This document shows positions 29,267 through 43,529 of a stretch of DNA of 64,000 nucleotides, in pieces. Within the stretch, counting starts at the first letter, position 1. Every line of letters starts with the position of its first letter. Made by a program: the position numbers and the translations under genes. A model generated the notes under the pieces. It searched no databases and was not told the origin of the DNA. It worked only from the letters and a program-made list of their open reading frames with translations. The DNA is from Eledone cirrhosa. Lineage: Eukaryota. The stretch covers positions 190,092,001-190,156,000 of the forward strand of contig OZ024740.1 of NCBI GenBank assembly GCA_964016885.1, read 5' to 3'.

Positions 29267-30201
29267 TTATATATATATATATATATACACATATATACAC
29301 ATACACACACACACATACACACTTATATATATATACACACATACATGCATATATACATACATACACATATATATATACACACACATATACACACTTATAT
29401 ATACATATAATTATTGTGGGGGGGGGATTACATTTATTAGTGAGAAATAGTAAATATATATAGTTTTCTGGGAACATAGAGTCATAACCTGAAGTTAAAG
29501 CATTATATATGTTTATTTAATGGTATCAATTTTAGGAAATGATATTTGTAAGAAAAAAAGCAAAATTATGTAGTTCATCAGTAGTAGAATATTAATTATA
29601 GGTTAACTAAATTAAAAATAGTTTATATATTAATTTCTAAAGTGTATATTAATTAGGTTTATAATATTTAAAGTAGAATTATGTAGTTCATCAGTAGTAG
29701 AATATTAATTATAGGTTAACTGAATTAAAAATAATTTATATATTAATTTCTAAAGTGTATATTAATTAGGTTTATAATATTTAAAGGTTTTTCTCAGTTT
29801 ATGATTACACGATATTATTAATTCCTGTCGCTTATTTAATAGGATATCCTTAGATTTCATTATTTCGAAAAGTTCTTGGGAACATAATCTACATTCATTT
29901 CTACTATTTTGATAAGGGGTGGCCCTTTTGAGCCCACTTCAGCTCAGGTCATATTCTATATTCCTCTTTCTATAACTATTAATTATTTCAGCTAGAGATG
30001 TTGTATTAGCTAGTGCGGCATTTTTAAAACTATGTTTGTGGGTATTAAATCTTACCTTAAAATTGTTAGAGGTAGCTCCTATATATGAATAAATTGAGTC
30101 CTTAGTGTTAACTTTACATTTATATACTATGTTATTAACAAGGCAATTTCCTTTCAATGGACAGTTTGCCTTGTTTCTACAGTTACAACTTTTCGTGAAT
30201 C

Positions 30202-30948
30202 AGGATGCATCCTATAAAAACAATACACAACATCGAAACCGTAATAGACGATTTACATGGTATAATGCTCCATTTAATTTACAAATTAAGGATAATATAC
30301 CTAAAAAATTCTTTAATATCCTAGAGAAAAACTTCCCGCCAAACCACAAATACCATCAAATCTTAAATAGATCAACGGTTAAATTCTCCTACTCAACAAC
30401 CCAAAACATAAAACAAAATATAAGTGCCTATAATGCATATAAATGTAAAAAAAACAATGAGTATACCACCAGTACATCAAACTAACCATAATATCTCCTC
30501 AGATACAGGATTCACGAAAAGTTGTAACTGTAGAAACAAGGCAAACTGTCCATTAAAAGGAAATTGCCTTGTTAATAACATAGTATATAAATGTAAAGTT
30601 AACACTAAGGACTCAATTTATTCATATATAGGAGCTACCTCTAACAATGTTAAGGTAAGATTTAATACCCACAAACATAGTTTTAAAAATGCCGCACTAG
30701 CTAATACAACATCTCTAGCTGAAATAATTAATAGTTATAGAAAGAGGAATATAGAATATGACCTGACCTGGAGTGTGCTCAAATGGGCCACCCCTTATCA
30801 AAATAGTAGAAATGAATGTAGATTATGTTCCCAAGAACTTTTCGAAATAATGAAATCTAAGGATATCCTATTAAATAAGCAACAGGAATTAATAATATCG
30901 TGTAATCATAAACTGAGAAAAACATTTAAATATGATAAACCTAATTAA
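30202..30948 (+). pseudogene. PLE linker + zinc-finger + GIY-YIG (family A), frameshifted
   Basis: ORFs 30105-30485 and 30424-30948: WYNAPF, CNCRNKANCPLKGNCL, IVY..YIG, CRLC. Confidence 0.85.
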
Positions 30949-31359
30949 TATACACTTTAGATATTAATATATAAATTATTTTAAATTTAGTTAACCTATA
31001 ATTAATATTCTACTACTGATGAACTACATAATTCTGCTTTAAATATTATAAACCAAATTAATATAAACCTTAGAAATGAATATATAAACTATTTTTAAGT
31101 TAGTTAACCTATAATTAATATTCGACTACTGATGAACTACATACTTTTGCTTTCCTTCTTACAAATATCATTTCCTAAAACTGACACCATTAAGTAAACA
31201 TATATAATGCTTTAACTTCAGGTTATGACTCTATGTTCCTTGAAAACTATATATATTTACTATTTCTCACTAATAAATGTAATCCCCCAATAATTATATG
31301 TATATATAAGTGTGTATGTGTGTGTATATATATGTATATGTATGTATATATGCATGTAT

Positions 31360-31468
<109 letters not shown>

Positions 31469-31505
31469 TGTGTATGTGTATATATATGTATATATATATA
31501 TATAA

Positions 31506-31563
<58 letters not shown>

Positions 31564-32237
31564 ATGTGTATATATATGTATATATATATATATGTGTATA
31601 AGTATATATATATATATATATTATTTTTATATTCTTTTAATTTCTCCTCATCTTTTACAGCACTTTTCAACTGCATCTAACTCTTATTTATCATATCTAT
31701 ACGTATTAGTATAATTTTATCAATATAAATATACCCATCAATTAAATTAATTTTATATTCTTTTCATAGATGTATTTTTTCACTAACATTCTTATCTTAA
31801 AACTTTGGTCACCTTAGATATTTGTATTGGCATTACTATTTTATAACAGCAACTGCTTGTATACCTTTCGCTGACCACCTGACCTATTTTCACGCCTAAA
31901 ATAAGCTTCAATTACTACTATTTTACCATTTGGCCAATTATTAACTTTCTATTGGTTAACTCTAAATCTCTTACCAAACAGACAGAATATATTAGATCTT
32001 TGTTGGTTTTATTCAATGAACAAATAAAATTATTTCTGACGTCAGCAAAATAATCCTTCATTTATAATATTCTTTTCCATCCAAAACTGAAATCGACCTT
32101 CCTCTACCCATAATTTAAGGTTCTTCTACTACTATATTACTATCTTGACCCTCACTATCTCCTGATTGGTCAATTCAAAACCTGTTCCCAAACAGACCTA
32201 TTGTATTAAATATTTGTTTTTTTTCAATAAACAAATA

Positions 32238-32379
32238 TCACTATTTCTGAAGACAGCATATATATGTGTAGGTATGTATATTCCCTCTGATAGTTTGTAT
32301 AAATATTGTACATAGATCTATAGAATATGCATACCAACTCTAACACATATATATCCTAGAAACGATCGTAAAATGATGA
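32238..32379 (+). ncRNA. Long-stem-II hammerhead (family A, right arm)
   Basis: TCACTATTT-CTGAAGA-CAGC.ATATATATGTG..GGTATGTATATTC..GAATATGCATACC..CACATATATAT.CCTA-GAAA-CGATCG-TA-AAATGATGA. Confidence 0.72.
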
Positions 32380-32565
32380 ATTCTTTTTAATATAAGGAAC
32401 TGTTTCTTAGTTTATTCATTATTTTATTAATTTATCTTGACTCTGTTTTCCGTTTATTTTTCACCGAGAGTAGTTTTTGAATGCATCTTCTCTTTTCATG
32501 ATATCCGGATTACATTGAGTTCTTATACGGATTGGACACTACCGTAAACTTTTGGTAGATTTATC

Positions 32566-32646
<81 letters not shown>

Positions 32647-32773
32647 GGTATAGAAATGACATCTACAGGATTATAATTATTTTATTCGGAAGAACTCATC
32701 AGTTACTGGTTTTACAAACGCTACTCCACTATATACTGGTAGGTACAGCTGGAAAACGAAACCCACTATCTTG

Positions 32774-32824
32774 GGCTTCCTGATGATTTATCCTGAATGA
32801 AACAGTTCTAGCATTGTAGGAGCC
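32774..32824 (+). ncRNA. Minimal type I hammerhead (family-B-related solo module)
   Basis: GGCTTC-CTGATGA-TTTATCCTGAAT-GAAA-CAG.TTCTAGCA.TTG-TA-GGAGCC. Followed by a tail homologous to 15480-15543, then (TA)n. Confidence 0.8.
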
Positions 32825-32897
32825 ATTCATATTCTGCTATGTATTGAGTACATTACTTACTGTGGTTACTCCCGATTAAACCCGTGATGAACTTATA

Positions 32898-32948
<51 letters not shown>

Positions 32949-32967
32949 ATGTATGTATATATAATAA

Positions 32968-33120
32968 TTGTTTCTACTTTTGACACAAGGCCAGCAGTTA
33001 CACAGTACATTACTGGTACTTTATTTTATCGACCCCGTAAATATGAAAGGCAAACTTATACTCAGATCATAAAGGGACGTAACTCTATGCTTCAAAGAAT
33101 GGCCTCCGACTATCTACCAA
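32968..33120 (-). mobile_element. Degenerate copy of the tRNA-derived SINE
   Basis: TTGTTTCTACTTTTGACACAAGGCC..CTGGTACTTTATTTTATCGACCCCG matches 22707-22891. Confidence 0.78.
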
Positions 33121-33138
33121 TTTATAATAGTACAAATA

Positions 33139-33348
33139 CGATTTGTTAAGCCTTTATTACGTTTATTGATTGGTGACGCACGGTTCTCTTTTGTTCAGCT
33201 CATGGTTCGATCTGAATCCATCTGGCCCGACTCTGGAATCAAAAGCCCGTCGGACCTCTGGTGTTGCAATGAGAGAATGCACCTTGAGCTGAGCAATAGC
33301 GAAACGCGCGTCACCAATCAATAAACGTAATGAAGGCTTAACATATCG
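33139..33348. repeat. Fold-back element with ~60-bp arms containing a hammerhead 3' half
   Basis: GTTAAGCCTTTATTACGTTTATTGATTGGTGACGC / GCGTCACCAATCAATAAACGTAATGAAGGCTTAAC. GAAACGCGCGTC at 33301-33312. Confidence 0.78.
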
Positions 33349-33376
33349 TTCGATTATTATGTTGACAATCTGTATA

Positions 33377-33786
<410 letters not shown>

Positions 33787-33909
33787 CACCTGTATATACA
33801 TACACACATACATAAATACACACGTGTATACGTAGTTATTTCCATATAAATACATACATAATGATGAGTAAGTGTTACAATAACCAGTAATGTGTAAATA
33901 TTGTAGACT

Positions 33910-35440
33910 AAATTCAGTTCAATTCAATATATTTGGCAGAAATTAAAACATAGATGCTTCAGATGTCGTGTAAGGAGGGGAGGGAGGCAATTTTACAAAG
34001 TCGGAAACACAGTGGTCCAACACTGGTCCAATTTTGCCTTGAATCTTTGCGTGGTTGACGGGTTGACTACTTTTTGGAAGCCGTCTATTTAGGCGAAAGC
34101 GGTGGAGAAATAGCTTTTTGTCATATCCAGATAGATCCCTTTCAAGTACCGGAGTGAATAGGAGATCTTGAGGGAGATCGTAATGGCCATTGAAGAGATT
34201 GTAAGCCAAAATGAGATCGCCTCTTAGCCGTCGACGCTCCAAGTAGAAGAGGTTCAGTTTCTGCAACCGGCTTTCGTAGGGCAGCTCATGAAGACCCTGT
34301 ACCATTCGAGTCGCTAATCGTTGAACTCTCTCCAAGCGAAGGATATCAAGGATGAGATATGCGTTTGATGCTTGGATGCCATATTCTATGGGCGGTCTCA
34401 CGAGGGCGACATAAAGAGACCTGAAACTTTTTGGAGTGAGTTTGGCAAAGGAGCGTCGAATAAGAAAAAGAGAGCTCCTTGCCTTCTTTGCGGCTTTAAT
34501 GCAATGTTTTGATGGTTTGAAGGACGAGCCGACCAGCAGACCAAGATCTTTAGTCTCCTCAACCTCCTTCAAAGGAGCAGTTCCACCGTTGAAGGTAAGA
34601 GCTGAGTTATAAGGTGTACCCACTGCCATATGGCAACACTTATCGACATTGAAGTATAAATCCCAGTCAATAGACCAACTCCTGGCGCGCTGGAGGCTGG
34701 ACTTGAGATGGTCGATCTCCCTCCTACGGGCTACCATTTTCACATCATCTGCAAATAGAAGCACGGTTCCACCAATCACATCCGGCATGTCGTTGATGTA
34801 TAGAAAAAAGAGAATTGGGCCCAACACAGAGCCCTGAGGAACGCCGCTGCCTACACCCACCCCCGATGACAGACTGCCATTGATCTGAACTCTGCAAGTA
34901 CGACCCTCACGAAATGATCCAATCCACTTTATAATCGAATCATGGAGATCATAGTTGGTGAGCTTATGCAGGAGCAGGCGGTGGTTGACAGAGTCAAAGG
35001 CTTTGGCGAAGTAGAGAACGACAATATCGGCCGCATCTCCATCGTCTATTATCCTCGTAACCCATTCTTCCATCACGAGTAGGTTTGTGAGACAGGAACG
35101 TTTCGGAATGAAACCGTTTTGAGATGGAGAGATGGCAGTGAAAGAGGCAAGATGAGCCATAATTTCCCGCTTAATTAGAGATTCCAAGGCTTTACAGATG
35201 ATTTAGGTGAGGCTAACGGGTCTCTAGTTCCCCGGATCTTCTTTGTCGCCTTTTTTTAAAGATAGGGCAAATTATAGCTACTTATTATAGCAACTCCGGT
35301 AGCCAATGATAGGTTGAATAGTGTGGCTAGTGCTTTAGCAAGGTTAGGTGCAACTGCACCCAAAATCGCTGGATGTAGACCGTCTGGACAATGCCCCTTA
35401 TTCACATCTAAGGACAAAAGCAACTTTTCCAACTCAAAAG
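33910..35440 (-). mobile_element. CR1-like LINE, 5'-truncated and decayed
   Basis: GHCPDGLHP, QNGFIPKRSCLTNLL, FAKAFDSVNH, SGVPQGSVLGPILF..YIND, FADD, ERVQRLATRMV. (TTGAA)-like tail at ~33910-33930. Confidence 0.9.
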
Positions 35441-35935
35441 CAACTTTTTCATAAATGAATTTATGTAACATGTAAGATATCCGACTGAATTCACAAATGA
35501 ATTCACAAATGTACAAAGCTGTACATTATCTATTTTAAACTCCGTCACGCAAAGCCAACAAACGAAAATGATCACTACCCCAAATGTTTTACACTCACAG
35601 CCACTAATTCCATTGTATAACGGAACTCACTGCTACATGACTTATACCAATTGCACAACAACATAAATACAGGTACACACAAGCTGATCACTCCCTAGGA
35701 CAGAAACATGCGCAAGTATGTATTTAACACACATTTCCGCATTCTTTCTTCAACAAACTAACAGATTCACGGGAAAAAACAGTAAGCGTTCCTCTTATAA
35801 GTAATATTAAACTCTGTTTTAGAACTAAATTTAGTTTGAAACAAAGTTTGGAGCTAACAAAACATACATAGCTATAACATGATATATATATATATATACA
35901 TACATAGTTATATACACATATATATATAAACACAC

Positions 35936-35981
<46 letters not shown>

Positions 35982-35985
<4 letters not shown>

Positions 35986-38900
35986 AGTTTATGTTGGTTG
36001 TATACCAACACCTTAGTATGCAGGCTGGAGCACTCGACAAAGTGCGCAGGTTGGTTTGGTTACTCCGGAGTAATGTAAAATGAAGTTAAGTAAAAAGTCA
36101 AATCATTAAAATTTAGCTTCGTTTATTACTGCCATATATATTTCAGTGACAGCCATATGTGGCTGTGACCTTCAGGCAGTTTGAATTAGTATGGTATAGA
36201 GAAGTACATATGTTGTTGAGGTGTATAATATTGTCAATACTCTGATATGCCCAGTTCCTGGTTGGGTTGTTATTTCACTGAGGAACCGGAATCATATGAA
36301 TTCAAACAAACGAATTTCAGTGTCAAAGGTCCTCTTCTCCTCTCATTGGTCAGTTATTAGAACATTCCCCATTCTAAGTATTGTTATTGTTGGAGTTAGC
36401 TTACACAATTGATAAAATGGTAGAAGGGAAAAGGTGTTAAAGGAACATAATAACAAAAAAGTGTCAAACTTCCCATTGGTCAGTTCTGAGAGCATTCCTC
36501 AGTCAGAAGTCTATAGAATTCTTTCTGGGGTGAGGCTCCCTGTAGTGTTTTTGTTTGCTATTGTTAAGTACATTTGACCTCTACCATTATTTTGGTAGTG
36601 TTGTTGGTGTTGTGGTCAGCTTATATCTTGCTGCTGCTAACAATTTAGAAGTATCCAGTGTGTGTTTTTTCTTCATCCCTCCTGCCACCATCTCACATAG
36701 TGGTGGTGGTGGTAGTGGGGGATTTCTTCCATGTATATGAAGAAATATAAGGCAATAAATGAAGAAAACAGAAAATAAATAAATAATATAATAAAATAAT
36801 ATAATTTGTATCATTTGAAAATAAATAAATAAATAGAGAATAAAGAATAAATGAAAAATTGGTGAAAAAGTAATGAAAATGAATATGGAGAAGTGAAAAA
36901 TAATATAGGATAAAGTGTGTGTGCTATAACCAATCTCAAGTTCAGAAATATGTTGGATAGATTGGTATGAGGACAAGATGTTAAGATAAGATAATCAAAC
37001 TAAATGTGTTTGTGTTATAATCAATCTTAACTTAAAAATAAATATAAGGTGATACAGTGAAGAGGGCAGAAAACAAATACCAAATTAATCAAGATTTAAA
37101 ATTGGAACTTGAAAATCAGAAATCTAGTAAATTAAAAAGTGTTTGTGTTATATAGTTGTTGGCCAAATTATAATGGATGATGTCCGATTCTATCTCTAGG
37201 CTATCATGGTGTCTGCTCAGCCTGGGTTGTTCCCTATGGCTTGAGGGGAGTTCACAACCTAGGGTGTTGTTACTGCCCATATAGATTGAGGGAGGTCTGG
37301 CCGAGAGGTGTTTCCATGTTCTGTAGAAGTCCCTATAGCTTGAGGGGAGTTCACATCTTCTTGTGTTGCAACTGTCCATATATCTTGAGAAAGGTCCCGG
37401 CTCTAAGATCCTGCATGTCCCGAAGAGTCGGTTCTGAGGTTTATCAGGCCGCTTCCACCTCTTAGTATCTCGAGGGTCTCGTTCAGGCATAGTTTGCATA
37501 TGCAAGATCCCCCTTTATCGGGTGGTACTTTCCTGATTATGTACCAGGCCAGAGAGTATGGGGTCCTGTCCAGCTTAAGCTTCCAGATCAGGTCGGAGAG
37601 AGCCGTGCTTTTCCTTTTGGCTTCCTTCTTGAATGAATGGCGATGGTTGTATCAGCGGTCTTTAAAGCTCGTTGATGTGGCTCCTGTGTAGAGGTGTTAG
37701 GAGTTGTGGGTTTTAACCCTACAATAGTATACTAGGTTCTTGTTGAGGCATTCATTACCAAGGGGGCATGATTCGGTGTTTCTGCAGTTGCAGAGGTTAG
37801 TCGGCCTCTGCGTGCCTAGATTAGGGTTCCCGTTATGTGTTACATGTTGGTCTCCCCCCAGCCTCGGTGGGGGGTCTTCGGGTCTGTTTGGGTTTCTTGG
37901 GTGGGCTCTGGGTCCCCCCTTCCCTCCTTTCACATGGTTCTGCTGAGTGTTTGTATTGCCATCTTCTGGTTGTGTGTGGTTTTTAAGCCTACTTCTGTTG
38001 ATGCTATCTATGTGTTGGGCCAAATTTCTCGTGGTGGAATACGAGAGCTTCACAGTGTGTCTGTTGAAGATCCTGTGGTATCTGTGGGCCCTTGGGAAGC
38101 ATTTGTCAAGTGCTCCAAAGAATAATTACGCCAAGCTTTTCTTTAGGGCCGCTGAGTAGGGTGGTTTGTACCACGTGATTTTTCGGTGTCCCCTCCTATA
38201 TGTGTGTGTCGGGGGCGTCGTAATTTGTTGGAGATTTGTTGGGTTGCTGGTGGTTTCCGCACTGTTGCTTCCCCTTTGGGCTCTATGCTTTTTGTTATCT
38301 TCGCGGCCCGAATTTGTGGGGTGGTCGTTGCCCGCCCCAGGAGATCCATCTTGGGGTGGTCGCCTGTTCCCCCCCTACATGTCCTGCGGTTGGGGTCGTC
38401 TGTCCTGGCGTGGTTAACGTCACGCCTGAGACTGCTACTCATATTGTGCTCCGTTTCGTGGTCAAGCGCACTAGTCCCCACCGCCCGTGTGGTGGTGTCG
38501 GGCACATGGTGCCTATTTGATTCTGCTCTGCCTGTATTGTTACAACGCGGTTGTGGGTGTCTGTTGGGCTATCCCCATCCCAGCTTTTCGGATTATATCT
38601 TATCTTATGGCCATGTGCCGCCTTCTTTAGAGCTGCGTTGTAATATTCCGCGTGGTTATTGAATATTTCCTTACTTGCGGACAGGCTGGAGATCCTGTCC
38701 TAGACATTCTTCACCACTGCCTTAATTATGGATCAAGGGTGGTTTGATTTGGCGTTAACAAATACAAGTTTCTCGTTGGGCTTGTGGTAAGGGTAGTATT
38801 GCTCGGTGTTCAGGTTTAGGGTGGTGTCTAGGAAGCTCACTACCTTCCTATTTGTGTCTATCTCTATGCTGAGCCCCTGGTTCTTAAAGAAATGGCGAAT

Positions 38901-40070
38901 ACGCCTCCCCATACCCTCCAACATATTGGGCTGTGGTCATATACTGTGAATAGAGCATCGTCACGATATAATCCGCCGCCCGGGCTGGGGATTTCATCTT
39001 TTATCTGCTTCAGCAGGTAGAGCCCAACCAGGTCCGTTACCTGCGCTGAGTCGCTGGAGCCCATCGTGATGTCAAAGTTATTTTGCCAATCACTCCTGGT
39101 CCAAAGGTCTCCATCGAAGCGTATTAAGGTCTTTCTTGCGCCCTGGATGATGCTCACCTCCTCTCGGGTTAGGTCCGTATTGGACATCGCTATAAATAGG
39201 GCCTTATTAAGTATTATGGGTGAGATTGAGGAGTAGTAGCTTGCGATGTCCAGTTGTATATAGCTGGTCCTACTTTTCTCATGCAGTATTTTAAACAATT
39301 CTATTACTTCTCCCGTGCATGACCATTGCTGTAATTTAGTTTTCTTCCGAAGCTTGGGCAACATTCTATCCAGTATTCTTTTACTGACGATCCCTAGGTC
39401 AGATCTTGAGGGGGCTATTAGTCTGACAGGGAGGTCGGTCTCAAAGTTTGGCTTGTGGTCTTTAAGGGTAATCCGCAGCTCCCTTGGTTGGTATGGAGCC
39501 GTCCTGTCCTCTATGCCGATTCTGGATATAATCCTGTAGGCTGTGGCATTGATCTCATCCAGGGTAAATCCAGGTGTTTTTAGAGCACTTCTTCAGTTCC
39601 CTGAGGATAAGCTTATTGTACAGTTCAGTGTTCATGTTGTAGAGGTTGTTTGTTTTGTCAGCATGGACAAGTATTCCAGTTGTCCCTTTAAGTACTGTAA
39701 TCCGGTTTCTCAGGTGTCTGAGGTACTACTGACTTCTGGTAGGGGTTCCGGAGAATTTGAGGTTGGATATGATGTTAATCATCTCGTTTTCAAACTCCTC
39801 CATTAGTCTGTTGTGGGGAGGGGGATTCCTCCTTGATCGAAAAAGGTACTCCATGTTTTGTGTGTTGGTAATTTTCTGCCTTCTTCTTTCGAAGTGGAAC
39901 GCTTTCCATCTCATCCTACGGACGAGGGAGTACGTACTCTTGATGAGATCACTAGTGTATTCTCGTTTATCAGGTAGGGGAATGTCCTTCAGTGACGCCA
40001 AGGTTGCCAGTTTATCCATAGTGACTTAGGTCTGCTACTGTTTGAAGCGCTCAACCCGTGTGGGAGCTAG
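35982..40070 (-). mobile_element. Apparently full-length but decayed Naiad-like PLE, family C
   Basis: ATG 40019 MDKLATLASLKDIPLP..LVRRMRWKAFHF, LDIASYYSSI, FDITMGSSDSAQVTDLVGLYLL, GGLYRDDAL, FLDTTLNL, SNHP, LSYSTT, CNCRNTESCPLGNECL..LVY. Frameshifts and stops. (TA)n at both ends. Confidence 0.9.
36128..36180 (-). ncRNA. Degenerate type I hammerhead (family C)
   Basis: Reverse complement reads ACTGC-CTGAAGG-TC.ACAGCCA.CATA.TGGCTGT.CACT-GAAA-TATATA-TG-GCAGT. A9>G and a non-canonical cleavage triplet. Confidence 0.55.
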
Positions 40071-40094
40071 ATATATATATATACATAATAAAAG

Positions 40095-40822
40095 ATCAAA
40101 AGATGGTTAAAAGAGTTCCATGATTTTATTATGCGCATATCAAAAACAAATATCATCATGAGATGACATTTGCGTTTTCGTAAGATAAAATAGGGAGACA
40201 TGATATGAAGGTTAAAAAAAACTTGTGGATAGTGTAGTTTTAAATCAACATATGAAAAGTAATTTAAGATTGATGTGTGATATTGGGAAAAAAATGAGGG
40301 GAGGGGGGTGGAAAGGATGAAACAGAGGAGGAGATGAGAGTAAAGAATGGTGGGGGAGGAGTATAATAAAGAAGGATGAGAGAGGAGGAGAAATGGGTGA
40401 TAGAAAGAGAGAGATAGCCTTTATAACTGAGATAAATATATATTGTTTCACAGAGAGAGGTTAAAAAGCCGTTGGAAGATCATATATAATTTAAAAGAAT
40501 TTCAAAATTGATGAAGAGAGAAATAATTAATGAAGAGAAAAAAATTAACAATAATATTAAATTAAGGTTTGTATATTGAAGGGTTTAATAATATGTGCGA
40601 TGAAAAGAAATTGTTAATATGTATTAAGAATAATATTAAATTAAGGTTTGTATATTGAGGGTTTTACTAATATGTGCGATGAAAAGAAATTGTTAATATG
40701 TATTATTAAAATAAAAATATTAATGTTATTAAGGATATAATGTGAAATGTCATCTCATGATGATATTTGTTTTTGAAATGCGCATAATAAAATACATGTA
40801 ACTCTTTTAACCATCTTTTGAT
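40095..40822. repeat. ~77-bp inverted repeats bracketing a 570-bp spacer
   Basis: 40095-40171 vs 40745-40822. The right arm has ATGATGA..GAAA.TGCGCA.TA (hammerhead-like, degenerate). The spacer has an ~80-bp tandem duplication at 40550-40705. Confidence 0.75.
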
Positions 40823-40918
40823 ATTATATTATTTATACTCCAGTCCTACAAACTGTAGAGTGCTACCTATCCGATATCTGCATTGCTTTATTGTACTACA
40901 ATAAAACGCACCTCCTAC

Positions 40919-41315
<397 letters not shown>

Positions 41316-41348
41316 TTAGTTATGTAATAAACAACATAAGGCAATTAT

Positions 41349-41406
41349 TCCATTTACGAGTGGTTTCTTAAAAGCAGTGAATTTTGCTTTCAATCATCAG
41401 AATGAA
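41349..41406 (-). ncRNA. Type I hammerhead (family D)
   Basis: Reverse complement reads TTCATT-CTGATGA-TTGAAAGCA.AAATTCAC.TGCTTTTAA-GAAA-CCACTCG-TA-AATGGA. Confidence 0.78.
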
Positions 41407-41556
41407 AAATTCCTGGTCTGTTTATTGATATTGGATTTTAAAAAACAAAAATGTAATCTATATGAAAGTGTGGCTGGAGACGGACGAAGGAAAGGAAAAA
41501 TAAAATAAAAACACACATGCAAACACGCACAGACACACACACACAAATGTATACAT

Positions 41557-41621
<65 letters not shown>

Positions 41622-41860
41622 CACTCATACATACACACACATATACACATATATATGTGTATATATATACACACATACACATACATATACGCATACATAC
41701 ATACACACATAAATATCAACACATCCATACATACACATACATATATACAACCACACACACATATATACACACACGTCTACATATTCACACACGCAAATAA
41801 ATATAAGAAAACATATATGAAAAATAAAATAATAAAAACTATTAAGTTAACAGTGCGGAT

Positions 41861-42990
41861 GTGTGTGACTTAGTAGGATTATTCCTGCTACACACCCTCA
41901 AAGAGAAATTTCCTTCCCATAATATCGGTTTATACCGTGATGACGGATTGGCAGTTTCTCATACTACCAACGGCCATAACGTTGATAACTTCCGTAAAGA
42001 TTTAATCAATACTTTTCCTAATCTTAACCTTAAAATCACTATAGATACGAACCTTACCAATGCTAACTTTCTTGATATTAATCTTAATCTATTTACCGCC
42101 TCTTTTAAACCTTATCATAAACCTAATGAAAATCTTAGGTATATACACAAAGAGTCTTGCCATCCCCCTATAGTTTTTAATAATCTTATTCCCAACATTA
42201 GCCGTAGGATTTCTACCTTATCTTCGTCTATAGACATGTTTAATAAAGCCGCCCTTATTATAATAAAGCCCTTAAGAACAGCGGTTTTACAGAAAACGGT
42301 TGTTATTTACCTACCCCCCCCCCTAAAACTAACCACAATAACAGAAAAAGGAACATTATTTGGTTCACACCCCCTTCTCTCTAACGGTCAAAACTAATGT
42401 AGGAAGGAAATTCCTTGAGCTCTTAGACAAACATTTTCCTCCTAATCATAGATATTATAAGATATTTAATAGGAACGTAGTTGAGATCAGTTACTCTTGT
42501 TGCCCATCTATGAAGTCCAAGATCACTAGTTCAAATCATACGAGAACAAATCCAGGATGCAGTTGCAGGAAGCCGGATGAATGCCCATTGCAGGGTAAAT
42601 GTAACACCAAATCTGTTGTTTATGAGGCTGAAATAACACCGGTAATCAACAACCAGCCATCCAGGAGTGAGCGATATGTCGGTATGACCCAGGACAGGTT
42701 AAAAACCAGGGTTTACTCACATGTCGCTTCTTTTAAGCACTCCGATAAACGAACAACAACGGCCCTCGAAAGTAAGGTGTGGGAATTTAAGGATAGTAAC
42801 ATCCCGTACTCTATCGATTGGTCTATCTTAAAGCATTCGAGGGAGTACCAAAGGGGCACAAGATTTGTTCTTTGTGTACCACAGAAAAATATAGGATTTT
42901 TCTAAACTTGAGACCCACTTCTGCTTGCCTAAACTCAAAGACCGAGATCTTCAGATGTTGTCCTCATCTGAAATCACATCTGATCTGAAA
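41861..42990 (+). pseudogene. PLE RT (YRDD) + zinc-finger + GIY-YIG, frameshifted (family D)
   Basis: CDLVGLFLL, IGLYRDDGL, NFLDINLNL, SCHPP, ISYSCCP, CSCRKPDECPLQGKC, SVVY..YVGMT. Confidence 0.88.
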
Positions 42991-43213
42991 CTGGATTGAC
43001 ATTCCTATGATATCTCAACCGCCTTGAACTCCCTCTCTGCTCTTTACTTCTACTACGGTTTTTTTACCTGCTGAATCCACGTTCTGTACTCTTGTATTCT
43101 TTTTCTCCCTTATCTCCCCTTATATTTAACCCTTTCCTATGTTATTTCCCCCCCCCCCATATATCTTTTGTTTGCCCCACCCTTCACATACCAAAATGTA
43201 TGTGTATGTATGT

Positions 43214-43282
<69 letters not shown>

Positions 43283-43300
43283 TGGATAGACCAGGTTTTT

Positions 43301-43358
43301 TTCATTCTGATGATTGAAGGCTACATTTTTTGCTTATAAGAAACCACTGGTGAATGGA
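43301..43358 (+). ncRNA. Type I hammerhead (family D), probably inactive (GUG triplet)
   Basis: TTCATT-CTGATGA-TTGAAGGC..GCTTATAA-GAAA-CCACTGG-TG-AATGGA. Confidence 0.65.
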
Positions 43359-43455
43359 ATAATTGCCTTATGTTGTTTATTACATTACTATATATATGTA
43401 CATGTATATTTTGGAGTTATATAAGGTTCATATGAATTATCTAAGATTGAGTTTT

Positions 43456-43529
<74 letters not shown>

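Noticed and set aside
31016-31140. CTGATGA motifs as hammerheads
   Set aside because: No downstream GAAA/stem III/stem I match, and the motif is not conserved in the 6.7-kb copy. It is duplicated only by a ~115-bp tandem repeat.
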